Shown: positions 12,769-26,825 of the stretch, in pieces | Layout of the letters: every line of letters begins with the position of its first letter | How positions within the stretch are numbered: position 1 is the stretch's first letter | NCBI RefSeq assembly: GCF_020745735.1 | Contig: NC_083417.1 | Coordinates: forward strand, 64,480,001 to 64,544,000 | Source: Hemiscyllium ocellatum | Lineage: Eukaryota | DNA length: 64,000 nt | Direction of reading: 5' to 3' | Position numbers and translations under genes: made by a program | The notes under the pieces: generated by a model | The model's database searches: none | What the model saw: only the letters and a program-made list of their open reading frames with translations | Told to the model about the DNA's origin: nothing

Positions 12769-13849
12769 TCTCTTTCAGAACAAATTATCTGGTCCCTTGC
12801 CTTCTCTGACAGAATCCATTTCCCATCTTCATTATTTGTCCTTTTCGATTACAAGACCATGATGTGATATTGCATTTAACCTGTTATCTGTTATTATCAG
12901 GAAAACTACACCCTCCTCAGATCAGCATTGTCCCCTGCCAGCTTTGTTGACGGCATATACCCTAAAAAGTCGTTGGTCCCAAAACGTTTTGCAACACCAA
13001 CAAGACTGAGTAAAGTTTAAATACCACGTAGTCATGAAACTTCAAGCATTAATCTCTTCAGTTTTCTCCCTTTCGCCCAAGAATACAATGTGTTCCCAAT
13101 GCCAACATAAAGTTATACACAGAAACATCCCGCCCCAACTGGATGGTCAGTGCTAAATCTGGCTTCTCTCAAAGGGCAGTGTGACGGACTTCGTACTCTC
13201 CTTTATTTCCTAAATTGCAAGTGTGTGCACCCTAGCTAGACAGTAGGTTCGCAGAACAGGATTACTTTCTGAACCTAAGTAGCTGTGGTCACCACAAGAA
13301 AAGGTTCATAGTCCCCCTCCTGCAGTGCAGGCAATAATCTACCGATAAGAAAACGGTAATGTTCAGTTGAACCACATTGGAAACAATTCCAATCCATGGG
13401 TGAACATTCAACAAAAGACTCCATTCCCAAATGCCAACCATCATGTCACATTCAATCCTTCATTTAAGTCTGTCTCCCGCCACTTGGACAACAGTTGGAC
13501 GTGGAGTCGCTGCTTCATTTTCACCTGGGGCTCGCCTACCCATTCTCCACTCAGAAGTAGGAACACGACCACTGCACCAGATATGATGAAATTTCCAATT
13601 ATTGCTGTTGCCTTGAGATTGAATCAGAAGTTTGAGTTAATGACTGGAAAGTGATGATAAGCATATTGAACCCACCAAGGCTCATTTGAGCCACGTAGTT
13701 GTCTTCTCTACCATGATATGCCACCTACGTGGTTGGTTTGAGATAAAGTTAAGCAATGGAGTCCCAGCCAGCAATAATGAGGTCCCACGTGTGGATAAAA
13801 ACAAAAATCTATATTGAAGATCAGCTGTAGTAAAAAGTAAAAGAAGCCA

Positions 13850-14370
13850 GAGTCATGGTCATACAATTATACAGCACAGAAACAGACCCTTTGGTCCAAC
13901 TGATCCATGCTGACTCATTATCCTAAACTAATCTAGTCCTAAATGGCAGCATTTGGCCCATGTCTCTCTGAACTCGTCCTATTCCTGTATCCATCCAGAT
14001 GAATTTTATGTGTTGTAATTATAGCAGTCTCCATTACTTCCTCTGGCAGCTTGTTCCATACGCACACCATCCTCTGTGTTAAAACTTTGCCCCTGAGTCC
14101 CCTTTTAAACGTTTCCCCTTTCACCTCAAACTAACGGCCTCTAGTTTTGGCCTTCCCTGACCTGGGAAAAATACCTGGCTATTCATCCTATCCAAGCCCC
14201 TCATAATTTTATAAATCTCTATAAGGTCACCCCTCAGCCTCCGATGGTCCAGGTGAAAAAGCAACTGCCTATTCAGCCTCTCCTTGTTGCTCAATCCCTC
14301 CAATCCTGGCAACATGCTTATGAATCCTTTCTGCACCCTTCAACAATGTCTTTCCTCTAGCAAGGAGATC
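13850..14370 (-). mobile_element. CR1 3' fragment (duplicate at about 59680-60200)
   Basis: Peptides RRLRGDLIEIYKIMRG and TQRMVCVWN. Confidence 0.8.
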
Positions 14371-15419
14371 AGAAATAACACAGTATTCTGTAAGTGGCCT
14401 AACTCGTGTCCTTTACAGCAGGTTTCTCCCTCATCAAAGACTGAATACTGTTGGTGAGTTTCATTTGAAGGTTATCAGGCTCAAGTGGGCGACACCAAAA
14501 GTGAACCACGTCAGAAAGTTCAGTCTTCCATGAAAAGTAGAAATTCATGAGCAGATGAGGTAGCAAGGTGGGCAGCAGGATTTGCATTCCCAGAAAAGGT
14601 AGCAACATAGGCTAATGGTCTAAAGGAGAACAGTATGCTGAAAATACATAAGGAGACATGCAGAGACAATTTGGAGCAGTAAGAGAAAACAGGGAATGGT
14701 CAAAGTTAAATGCAGGGACTGCTTCCATCAGGCCACTTTTGGTCCACTCCTCCTCCACTCCACATGCGCTCCATTCCCGCATGGCACCTCCTTATGCAGT
14801 CACAGAATGTATAACACCTGCCTATTTAAATCTTCCCTCCTCACTTTCCAAGGCCCCAGACTCACCTTCCATGTGAGACAGTGACTTACCTGCACTTCAC
14901 TCAATTTAGTCTACTAAACTCATCACTCACAACATGGTCTCCTCTAGATTAGGGAGACAAAATTTAGACTGGGCAGTTACTCTGTGTAACTATGTTGTGT
15001 CATTTATCAATTTCCGGCGCTGTCAGCAATTCAACACATGGCCAAGCTAGAAGAACTACTTGGGAATGAATATCGAGTTCAATAATTTTCATGAGTTACT
15101 TCCATTTCCGTTGCCCATGCCCAGACTCCAAGCCATGTCATGACATGCTTGCTTACAGCACAACCAATCTATTTTGTTGTTTATTCATTGAACAAATGTT
15201 TCTAATCAACCTGTTCATAGGTGTTATTGCACACCTCTGCAGCAGGTGGACTTGAATATGGGTTTTCAAGTCCAAGAGTTGAGACATTATCATTTGTCCA
15301 CAAGGGGGCCCCCGGCAAACTTATTTTCACCGATTTAAGTTCCTCATTATCAGCTTTCTCCTTTCCTGGCATACCATTGGGACCAGTTCTGGGCGAGGTG
15401 GGACTATTGGAAATTGGAT

Positions 15420-18400
15420 GGTCAGCACCCGGGCTGGACTGGAACCAATATTCTTGTGGTTATTTTTGCTAATGCTGCTGGGGGGAATTTAAACTAATGT
15501 GGCAACTGGATGGGAACCAAATGCGGAGGTTAGTGGAAAATAAGGAGATATGATCCAAAGCGAGGAAGGAACTAGATAATGAAGTCAACGTGATTAAGGT
15601 TAAGAGTAGACAGGGAGCAGATGATGAATGCAAAGGGATGGTGGTCCGAAGTGCATTTGTTTAGTGTGAGAAGTGTAGTGGGTAAGGCAGATGATCTAAG
15701 GTTTGGATTCATACCTGGGAGTATGCTATTAATGACATTATTGAGACTTGGTTGAGGGAAGGACATGATTGGCAATTAAATATCCCAGGATATCAGTGCT
15801 TCGGGAAGAATACAGAGGGTGTTAAAAAGAGTGGAAGAGTTGCATTACTGGTCAGAGAGGACTTCATAGCTGTGCTGAAGGTGGACACTGTGGAGGACTC
15901 GAGCTGTGAGGCAATATGGATAAAGCTCAGAAATTGGAAGAGTGCACTAACAATTTTGGGGTTGTACTACAGGCCTCCCAACAGTGAAGGTGAGATAGAG
16001 GTACAAATATGTAAACAGATTTTGGAAAGATGTAGGAGCAACAGGGTGGAGGTGATAGGCGATTTTAATTTTCCCAACATTGACTGTGGTCCACTTAGTG
16101 TTAGAGGTATAGATTGAGCAGAATTTATGAGGAGCATCCAATTTAACAGAGTTCTTCAAGGAAGTGACCAAGTTGTTGGATGAAGGAAGGGCTGTTGATG
16201 TCATATACATAGACTTCAGTAAGGCGTTTGATAAGGTTCCCCATTGTAGACTAATCGGGAAAGTGAAGTCACATGGTGTGCAGAGTGTTCTAGCTACGTG
16301 GATAAAGATCTGGTTGAGCAACAGGAGACAGGGAATAGTAGCTGAAGGGAGTTTCTTGAAATGGAGAAAGGTGACCAGTAGTCTTCCACAGGGGTCAGTA
16401 TTGGGGCCACTGTTGTTTGTGATACACATAAATGATCTAGAAGAGGGCACTGTTGGTATGATCAGCAAGTTTGCAGATGACTCAACGTTGGTGAAGTAGC
16501 AGAAAGCATAAGGGACTGTCAGAGAATACAGGAAGATATAGATAGACTGGAGAGTTGAGCGGAAAAGTGGTAGATGGCTTTCAATCAAGAACCTTTTGTG
16601 AGGCAAGTCTAATTCTTCAATGGAAGAGCCTTGGGAAAAGTTGATGGGCAGAGAGATCTGGGAATGCAGGTCCACTGTCCCCTGAAAGTGGCTGCACATG
16701 TGGATTAAGTGGTCAAGAGGACATATAGTGTGCTTGCCTTCATTGGACGGGGTATTGAGTATAACAGCTGGCAAGTCATGTTAAAATTGTACAAGACATC
16801 GATTTGGCCATATTTAGAATACTGTGTACAGTTCTGGTCGCCACAATACGAAAAGGATGTGGACACTGTGGAGATGGTGCAGAGAAGGTTTATAAGGATG
16901 TTGCCTTGTATGGATGGTGCTAGCTATGAAGAGAGGTTGAGTAAGTTAGATTATTTTCACTAGAAAAAAAGGAGATTGAGGGGAGATCTGATTGAGGTTC
17001 ATAAAATCATGAAGGGCATAAACAGGGTGGATAGAGACAAGCTTTTTCCCGGGGGGAGGATTCAATAATAGAATGTCATGCTTTCAAGGTGAGAGATGGA
17101 AGATTTAAGGGGGATACACGTGGCAAGTACTTCACACAGAGAGTGGTGGGCGTTTGGAACATATTGCCAGCAGAGGTGGTAGAGGCAGGCATGGTAGATT
17201 CATTTAAGATGCGTCTGGACAGATGCATGAGTATGTGGGGAGCAGAGGGATACAAATGCTTAGAAATTGACCGTCAGGTTTAGACAGAACATTTGGATCT
17301 GCTCAGGCTTGGAGGGCCAAAGGGCCAGTTCCTGAGGGTTTTCTAAAGCAGTATGTAAATAGTCCAACTCGGGAAGGGGCACACTAGACCTATGTGATGG
17401 GAATGAGCCTGACCAGGTGGTTGAAATTTCAGTAAGGGTTTAATTTGGGAACAGTGATCACAATTCCGTAAGTTTTAGAATACTCATGGACAAAGGCGAG
17501 ACTGGTCCCAAAGGAAGAGTGCTAAATTGCAGTAAGGCCAACTATACCATAATTCTGCAGGAGCTGGGAGATGTAGATTGGAAGCAGCTGTTTGAAGGTA
17601 AATCCACATTTGGTATGTGGCAGAATTCTAAAGAAAGGTTGTTTAAAGTACAGGAGACACATTTCCCTTGAAATTGAGGGATAGAAATGACAAGAGTAGG
17701 GAACCATGGATGACAGGTGAAATTGTGAGACTAGCAAAGACAAAACAGGAAGCATACATAAGGTCAAGATGATTAAAGTCGTACGAAGCTTTGAAAGAGT
17801 ATTGGGAATGTAGGATCAATCTGAAATGAGGTATTAAGAGGGCTAAATGGGGGCATGAGATATATTTAGCAAATTGGGTTAAGGAAAATCCCAAAGCCTT
17901 TTATTCATATATAAGGAGCAAGAGGGTAACTAGAGAAAGGGTTGGTCCTCTCAAGGACAAAGGAGAAAGGTTATGTGCGGAGGCTGGTAAAATGGGTGAG
18001 ATTCTTAATGAGTACTTTGCATCAGCATTCACAGAGGTGAGGAACATGACAGATGTTAAGGTTAGGCATAGATTTTTGATTACTCCAGGTCAAGTCAGTA
18101 CAAGTAGGGAGGAAATGTTGGGTATTCTAAAATGCATTAAGGTGGACAAGTCCCCAGGTCCAGATGGGATCTAGCTCAAGTTCTGAAGTGAAGTGAAATG
18201 CAAACAGTTGGGCCTAAACAGATATCTTTGCAGCATCCTTGAACATGGGTGAGATCTTGGACGACTGGAGAATTGCTAATGTTGTCCCCTTGTGTAAGAA
18301 GCATAACAGAGACAATCCAGATAATTATAAATCAGTGAGCCTGACATTAGTGATAGGAAAGCTGCTGGAGAAAATACTAAGGGATAGGATCCATTCCCTT

Positions 18401-19960
18401 TTGGAAGAAAATGGGCTTATCAGTGATAGGCAACATGGTTTTGTGTTTGAAACATCATATCTTACTTACTTTATAGAATTCTTTGAGGAAGTAACAAAGT
18501 TGATTGGTGATGGAAGGGCTGTAGCTATTATGTATATGGACTTCAGTAAGGCATTTGATAAGGTTCCCCATAGTAGACTGATGGAGAAAGTGAAAACACA
18601 TGTGGTTCAGGGTGTACTAGCTAAATGGATGAAGAACTGGCTGGGAAACAGTCGAAAGAGAGTAGTAATGGAGGGGAGTTTCTCAAAATGGAGAACTGTG
18701 ACCAGTGGTGTTCCACAGGAATTCATGCTGGGACCACTGTTGTTTGTGATATACACAAAATGATCTGGAGGAAGATACAGGTATTCTGGTGAGCAAATTT
18801 GCACATGACATTTAGATTGGTGGAGTAGCAGATAGCTAAAGGCATTGCCTGAGAATGCAGCAGAGTGTATAAATTGGAGAGTTGGGTGGAGAAATGGCAG
18901 TTGGAGTTCAATCCGGGCAAATGCGAGGTGATGCATTTTTGAAGATCTAATTCAAAAGCAAACTATACTGGAAACGGAAAAGTGCTGGGGAAAAATTGAT
19001 GTACAGAGAGATCTATTTGTTCAGGTCCTCTGTATCCTGAAGGTGGCAATGCAGTTCAATAGAGTGGTCAAGAAGGCATACAGTATGATTTCCTTCATTG
19101 GACGGGGTATTGAGTGCAACAGTTGGCAGATCATATTACAATTGTAAATGACTTTGGTTTGGCCACATCTAACCGACCACATTCTGGTCCAAAAGGATAT
19201 AGATGCTTTGGAGAGGAAGCACACTATGATTAGATTAGATTACTTACAGTGTGGAAACAGGTCATTCAGCCCAACATGTCCACACCGACCCTCCGAAGAG
19301 CAACCCACCCACACCCATTTCCCTACAACTAACACTATGGGCAATTTTAGCATGGCCAATTCACCTAACCTGCACATCTTTGGACTGTGGGAGGAAACCC
19401 ACGCAGACATGGGGAGAATGTGCAAACTCCACACAGACAGTTGCCCGAGGTGGGAATTGAACCCAGGTCCATGGCACTATGAGGCAGCAGTACTAACCAC
19501 TGAGCCACTGTGCTGCCCATGCCATTGTGCCGTCATGTTGCCCACTAGATATGAAGAGTGATTGAGTAGATAGTATTATTTTCATTAGAAAGATGGAGGT
19601 CGAGGGGACCTGACTGAGGTCTACACAATCATGAGATGAAGAGACAGAGTGGATAGCAAGAAGCTTTTTTCCAGAGTGGTGGACTCAATTATTAGGGGAT
19701 ATGTGTTAAAAATGCGAGGGGAAGTATTTGGGAAGATATGCTTGGAAAGTTCTTTACGTAGAGGGTGATGAGTGACTGGAACATTTGCTGGCAGAAGTGG
19801 TAGGGGCAGCCATAGTACCATCATTTAAAATGTGCCCAGATAAATGAATATGCAGAGAGCAGGTGGATACAGATCCTTAGAAAATAGGCAACAGGTTTAG
19901 TCAGAGGATCTGGATCAAACTTGGGCTGAAAGGTCTGTTCCTGTGCTGTAGTTTTCTTTG
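15420..19960 (+). mobile_element. Two adjacent decayed CR1 ORF2 copies (endonuclease plus RT)
   Basis: EN: WQLNIPGYQCF, GLYYRPPNS, IGDFNFP. RT: YIDFSKAFDKVPH, PQGSVLGPLLF, KFADD. Many stops. Confidence 0.9.
19225..19515 (-). mobile_element. HE1-type SINE inserted in a CR1
   Basis: Reverse complement of the HE1-like body; the CR1 sequence resumes on both sides. Confidence 0.85.
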
Positions 19961-20097
19961 CTCTTTGTCTCTTTGCATGTCTAATTGTCATACAGCTCCC
20001 ATTGGCGTCCACCTGGGAGAAAGTGATGGCTGCAGGTGCTGGAGACCAGTGTCAGAAAGTCTGATGCTGGAAAAGCACGTCCGGTCAGGCAGCATAG

Positions 20098-20140
20098 GAA
20101 TCATTCCTGATGAAGAGCTTATGCTCGAAACGTCGATTCT
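20098..20140 (+). ncRNA. Minimal hammerhead ribozyme motif in a PLE remnant
   Basis: CUGAUGA (20107-20113), A, GAGC(UUAU)GCUC, GAAAC, GUC/GAUUC. Core intact, helix I weak. Confidence 0.65.
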
Positions 20141-20649
20141 CTTGATGGACTGGGCTTTTATTTATTAACTCTGCGATCCGCTTATCGAAGACCACGCCCT
20201 AACTTCGGCAATATGTACTGCCTTTCCCAGTTCCTATGACTCATGAAGAACGATCAGTGGATCTGAAACATTAGTTCTGCTTTCTTTCCAAAGATGCTGC
20301 CAGACCCGCAGAGTTTCTTCAGCTATTTCCGCGTTTGTTCGGGCAGTTACTTTCTTTGTTCTGTCATTGACGTTCGTCATAATCAGTAACCCGTCGCTTA
20401 ACCAATTTGTTGGCTCTTGCTTGTGGTATTCGTTAGATTTATTTTCTTGCAAACGAGTGGCCGGAACTCTTAGACATGTTTGAATTGGAAAGCCCGGCAT
20501 TTTCTACATGTTGGTCGCATCTGACATCTCTTTCTCGACTTCAGTTTAGGTTACAGCGGCATCTTCTGGTCAATTTGAATTCCTAACGTTTGCAAATTCT
20601 ACTCCAATCTTCTGCAGCCTGTCAGAATTCTCAGACTGGGCATCCAAGT

Positions 20650-20830
20650 GGTTCAAAGAGAGATAAGAGTCACAGAGATGTATAACACGGAAACAAACTC
20701 TTTATTCCAACTCGTCTATGCTGACCAGTCATCCTAAATTAATCTAGTCTTGTTTGCCAGCCCTACGTATTCGTACACCCATCCAGATGCCTTTTAAATA
20801 TTGGAATTTTACCAGCTCCCACCATTTCCT
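20650..20830 (-). mobile_element. CR1 3' end fragment
   Basis: Typical CR1 3' terminal sequence. Confidence 0.6.
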
Positions 20831-21609
20831 CTGGCAGTTTATTCCGTCGAAATTATTTAATGTGAAGATATCATTTTCTGAATAGTACAAATGTAATTTT
20901 GAACAGAACGGATATGAATAAAAAACAGAAAATATAATTAAAGTATCTATGGAAGTTTTTAATGTAATCAAAGTAATAATTGTTGCAATACTACAGAGTA
21001 TGCTAATATATGAGGAAATGTGATCAATGAAGGCTGAGCATTGCTGAATCACGAAGAATTAGAATTTCAATGATCGGTCGACAGCACTGGTAAAGACATA
21101 TTTACATAAAAGCTAGTTCTGGAAAACAGGTTCACCAGCTTTATGTCGATTCTATAAATACTACTCAACTACATAGATGTACAACAAAACCTTCGGTTTT
21201 TAGCTGTTTGACGGTGATGGTCCAGATATGGTAGAGTAATGTTATTCATTGGTAGCGTCAAACACATAACAGCAAATTCCAGCCAGTGTCATACCGCGTC
21301 TGAAATGTCTTCAGGAAAAGGTAAATCCAGAATCAAGTGTTAAACACATTTCGAAATTCCGTTTCAATCACCCAACCTTCGGGGGAAATAGTTTTAAAGA
21401 ATAGTCAAACTGTTTGGTCGTGATTAAGATGAAGTCTCCCTGGGAACAATATTTCTTCCGACTTCAATCTGTATTTCCGAGGTTAGCAAAGCTGTTGAGG
21501 TGCTTTTTCCTTGTTGCAGCAGTATGTTTGAGTCTTAGTATCAGTGAATGATTAAAATAGTAATTCGGGTTCAGTAATATTGTTCTTAGACATATGTCTG
21601 GAAAAATCA

Positions 21610-21935
21610 TAAAGTCATTAGAGTCATACAGCTCGGAAACGGATACTTCAGTCCAATCAGTCCATGCCGAACATAACTCTAAACTGAACTAATCCCTCTG
21701 CTTACTCCTCGTCTATTTATCTCTAAACTCTTCGTAATCATGTATTTATCCAAATGTTTTTAAGGTTGTAACTGTACCCATAATCCACCACTTCCTCAAG
21801 AAGTTCATTCCACACACTTAACCATGCTCTGCGTGAACAAAAAACTTGCCCTCCATGTATTTTTTAAATCTCCCTCCTCTCACCTTAAAAATGTGCCTCC
21901 GAGTTTTGAAATCCCCCATCCTAGAGAAAAGATAC
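21610..21935 (-). mobile_element. CR1 3' end fragment
   Basis: Typical CR1 3' terminal sequence with an agtcat-type tail. Confidence 0.65.
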
Positions 21936-22619
21936 CTGTCAATAACGCTCACTATTTTGCTTTTTTACTGACAGTGTTCGGAACCCCAGCTCCAACAACA
22001 AAAAGTAATTGTTGCCACGTCACCTCAAAGCCATAGACCATTGTGATCTGGCACCAGATTGGTTTGAAAGTGAATGTGTTTGAACAGCTGTTCAGGACTT
22101 GCTGCAAAGCACAATTTTTCAGATGCAGTTGCACAGAAAGCCGAACGAATTTCTCATTTGGGTCTGAAGTATTCTTGTATTTTGAAAAGCAGAATGTGTT
22201 GCTGTTAAAAACATTCAGATGACCTTGAATGGAGGAAGTTCTCAATGCAATAGAACTCTCTATACCATTGGTAGATTTGTACAGCTTTCCCTCACCGTCA
22301 AAGTGGTATTATAAAACGTCGATGTAATACACAAATTGCTGTGCCACTGCCAGAAGTTACTGCGTAAAAAACATCACTTGTTTATAAAACATCTTTGAAT
22401 GTCTTGGAATTTGGAAAGGCACGACTGAAAGCTCGATTTATTTTTTTGATTAGTCTTCTGCGTAAGCCTCTCTTTTTTGTCTTTCACAAAAGAGCAAATA
22501 TTCTAACTATCCTGTTGTATTAGTAAATGGTCATAAATGACAAAACAAAACTTAATGAAGATTTGATTACCTATAGTGTGGAAACAAGCTCTTTGGCAAA
22601 AACAAGTCCACGCCGATCC

Positions 22620-23545
22620 TCCAAAGAGGGATAGTTAGTGGGTTTGCAGAATGAACCAAAATTTGTCATGTGTTGGAGAGCTAAGAAGGTTATCTCAAAT
22701 GATCAGGTGGGCTAATGGGACAAGGAATGGTAGATGGTGTTTAGGTTTGATAAAAGTGAGGTGCTGCATTTTGGAAATAAAAAATTAGGGCAGGACGTAT
22801 GTACTTAATGGTAAGGGTCCTGAAGAATGTTGCTAAACAAAGAGACCTTGGAGTGCGGTTTCATAGTTCTTTGAAAGTGGAGTTGCAGGTATTCAGATTA
22901 GTGAAGAAAGTGTTTGGCATGCTTGCCTTTACTGGTCAGTGCACTGAGTATAGGAGCTGGGAGTTCATGTTGCAGTTGTACAGGACATTAATTAGGACAT
23001 CCTTTTGAAATATTTCATTCAGTTCTGGTTTCCATGATAAAGGAAGGACGTTGTGAAACTTGAAAGGGTGCACAAAAGATGTGTATAAAGATTTTGCCAA
23101 AGTTGGCGAGTTTGAGCTGTAGGGAGAGGCTGAATTGACTGAGGCTATATTCCCTGGAGCATCGGAGGATGAGGGGTGACCTTATCGAAGTTTATAAAAT
23201 TAAGAGGGGCATGAATAAGATGAACAGCCAAGGTCATTGCCAAAGGGTATTGGAGTCCAAAACTAGAGGGCATAGTCCAAAACTAAGGTGGAGGGGAAAG
23301 ATTTATAGGGGCCTAAGAGGCAACATTTTGACACAGAGGGTGGTGCGTGTGTGGAATGAGCTGACAGAGGACGTGTGGATGGTGGTAAAATTACAATATT
23401 TAAAAGATATCTGGATCGGGACATGAATAGGATGTGTTGAGAGAGATATGGTTCAAATGCTGACAAATGGGACGAGATATCTGATTGGCATGGGTGAGTT
23501 GGAACGAAGTGTCTGTTCCATACGGTACATTTCTGTGCCTCGATG
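22620..23545 (+). mobile_element. CR1 3' fragment
   Basis: Peptides QRDLGVRFHSSLKV and MRGDLIEVYKI. Confidence 0.8.
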
Positions 23546-24999
23546 ACATCTCAAGGAAGCAGTCAGGATATCATTGGGGGAGCATCAATCAATATTCATC
23601 ACCTTTGGGAGCCAATAGACATTGTCTCCCAAATCATATGTCTTTTATACAATAAGCAATAAGTCCTGCCTAGCCGAAGTTAATCAGAATGGAATTGATC
23701 ATGCTATGAGTTCTGGCCTGAAAGAGTTGATAAACATCAGCTTTTGGCCATGGAGCCACGAATGAGAAAATGTTTGAAATTATCCTGCTTCCACTGGCAA
23801 TGGAATGCCCTCAAGGCATTGGAGAGAGACTGAGAAACCAAGGGTCATCCTGTGACTTTAGCTGGACCGAATTACAATAGCAGAATAATACCCTTGAATT
23901 CACTGCCCTGATTTGATACGTATTATTTATACTATAAATTAAATTTCCTGTTTACTGAACAAGATTTTCTCCTGTTTCCTAATTGGTTGCAATCTCAAAT
24001 GAAATAAGACCCCTAAAAAGTGTAAAACTGTACATCCTGATATTATAAAGACAGAATGGGAAGATCTGGTTTGTGCAACGAATCATATTGCCAGGCCAAT
24101 AATTCCAAGCGGTATCAAGGTGGGGAAGGCTAAAGTTTGTGGAATTTTTGAGAATCAGCCAGCGACTCAGACAATATATATGAATGATTTGGAGAAGTTG
24201 AAAAGCAATTGCAGCAATTGCAGAAAGAATGAGAGATAAATGGTTTAAATAGGCTGATTCATACTTTATAATTATGAGCAAAACAATCAGTTACTGTAAT
24301 GCAATAGCAGAGTGATTCCAACTTGCATGCTGAAACTGTTTTGTTTGAGATGTAGCAACTTAAAACCTGCTGAGCAAAACAAGACAGATGAGAGTCTCCC
24401 AGACTTCAGACTGGAGGCCTGCGAGCAGTTTTGTGCTGCAAGGATTGGTGTTGGGTCCATTACATTTTATTATTTACATAAATTATTTGGATGTGAATAT
24501 AAAGTAATGATCAGTACGTCTGCAGGTGACACCGAAATTGCTGCTATAGTGGACAGTGAAAAAGGTTATAGTGGACATTGAAGAAGAACATCTCCTTTTT
24601 GAAAGATTTTGAACTGCTAGGAGCAAAATCAGAAAGCAAAACGTCCATATAACATTAACAAAACCGAACAACTGTGAATGGTGGAATTTAGAAACAAAAA
24701 CAGAAACTTCTGGAAAAATCAGCAATTTACCTGCATTTCACTCAATCTTGTCAATTGAATTCATTGCTCACAATGTCTAACAATGCAGCATATTGGTGGC
24801 ATATAGATAACTCCCATCCATGACTTCATTACAATGCTCTTTGTTGTTACCACTCAAACAGAATCCACTTCAGGATGCAATTCATTGGAAATCTCACCTG
24901 TCACTTTCACTCTGATATTTGCCTTTATTTAAACTGCCTCATCTCCTTTTCTAATTTGTCTATTCTTCGAGAACATTGAATAGCCTTGAATTTGAAAAC

Positions 25000-26825
25000 A
25001 CACAACACCAGGTTATAATCCAAAAGGTTTATTTGCTCCTTCTTCTGGCAGTTTTGGAGACGGACCATAAGACTCAGAAAGCGTGGCAAAAGGTTACAGT
25101 GTAATGCAACTGAAATGACATCTTGAACACACTTAGATTGCTGTTAAGTCTTTCAACTTTTAGAATGGGTTGCAGGTTTCGGTTCATTAGTATGTAACTC
25201 CCAGAACTTCTTGTAGGTTAAATTCACGAAATAACTTAAGGTTTTATTTTTTAAAAGCTGACATCTCAGCTCAGACAATGCATTGAAGGTGTAACGTTAG
25301 AGTCTGTCTGTATGCTAATGTTGAGTCAGATTAGTTCTAGCTTATGAGATAGTCAACATTGGCCAAGTCACAAGAGTGTTTGCTGCATACATGGCAGATG
25401 GTGTCCCCACATGTAATGGTAGTATCTGTGTCGACATTCTGAAACTTTGGCAGTGGTTGCCAAGACAGAGTAGTACGTTGTTGTGGTCGATGTTGTTCTG
25501 AAAACTGGGCAGTTTGCTACGCACAATGATATTGTTTAGGTTTAGGGGTTGTTTAAGGTGTGAATTGGAGGCAAAAGGGAAGGTTTGTGCGAGATGCTCA
25601 TCCTCATCGAAAATGTTTTGCAGGCTGTGAAGAACATGGTGTAGTTTTCCCGCTTCTGGGAACTATTGGACAACGAAGGTTACCCTGTCAGTTGCATCCC
25701 ATGTCTGTCTCTTGAGGAGGTTATTACAGTTTCTCACTGTGGCACGTCAGAACTAACGATCAATGGGTTGAGCATTTGTTCTTATGAGGGTACCCTTGAG
25801 CACCTTCAGGTATTTGCCACGCTTCTCCTCCTTTGAGCAGATCCTGTGTACCCGTCGGGCTTGTCCACAGAGGATGGTTGTTTTAATAGGGTGAATAGCT
25901 TCTAGGGTGGAAGCTAGAGATGTGTAACATCGTGAGGCTATCCATTAGGTTGCAGTAGAATGAGATGCTGAGGTTCCCACCTTTGGTGGTGGGATGAAAC
26001 TCGTCGATATCACTGTGTCGTTGTTTCAGTGATACCTTGTCATGGGTCCAGAAGATGTCATTATCGTATCAGTCAACGGGACGCAGTCTGGCTCTGTCAA
26101 AAGCAACTTGAAATCCATTGTACATGGGACGCCAGCTCCAATTGCAACTCTACAGATTTGTAACACAAAATCAGTACCCACAGATTAGTAGAACTGGGAG
26201 CTTTGTGAGAGTGTGTCATATGCACACAGTCACTTCTCTCTCTCTCTCTCTCTCGCTCTCACTCGCTCGCACATGCACGTGCACACACATATAATTCTAC
26301 ATGGTGAAGTTCCATTTGCAAAATTATATTTGCAGATACTTCCCATTTTGCTCACATAATGCACAAATTGCATACAGTCAATGGAGGCAGTCAATCTAGA
26401 CCATACTTTGGAAATGGAACCAGTCTGATTCAAGATTGGGATACAGACACATCTTTATACCTTTAATGAATCGCCTGAGTTGAGATACCACCTTTTTAAA
26501 AAAATTAAGATATCGAGAATTTAAGTTAAAAGAAGTTCTGGGATTTGCATATATATGAACTGCAACCTGAAACCATTCTAAAAGATGAAAGACTTAAATG
26601 CAGTCTGGATTTGTTCAAGATATCATTTTAGTTGCATTACAATGCAACCTTTAGTTATAAATTCTGAGTCTTATGGTCTTGCTCCACAATTACCGGATGA
26701 AGGAGCAGTGCCCTGAAAGCTAGTGCTTCCAAATACTGATAAACCTGTTGGGTATACCCTAGTGTTGCATAATTTTTTTTAACTTTGTCCACCCCAGTCC
26801 AATACTGGCTCCTCCACATCATAGC
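25000..26825. mobile_element. Decayed PLE-derived repeat with a (CT)n/(CA)n tract
   Basis: Terminal motifs aaacctgttgg...aactttgtccacccc and a degenerate hammerhead near 26695-26735; no intact ORF. Confidence 0.55.

Larger units (their letters stand above)
853..18148 (+). repeat. Segmental duplication, copy 1
   Basis: 853-2665 matches 42465-44263, and 5951-18148 matches 48658-64000, with the same order of unique DNA, pseudogene, HE1 SINE and CR1 fragments. Confidence 0.95.

Noticed and set aside
15947-16774. 275-aa minus-strand ORF (also 58840-59322 and 61956-62417)
   Set aside because: Antisense shadows of CR1 RT.
20744-21052. Hydrophobic ORF resembling a membrane protein
   Set aside because: AT-rich composition explains it, it runs into a CR1 fragment, and the phase-1 acceptor leads to a stop.
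21960-22400. Weak C1-like (NLVPDHNGLW) and J-like (SGSGTAICV) peptides
   Set aside because: Canonical Cys/Trp spacing is absent; too degenerate to call.
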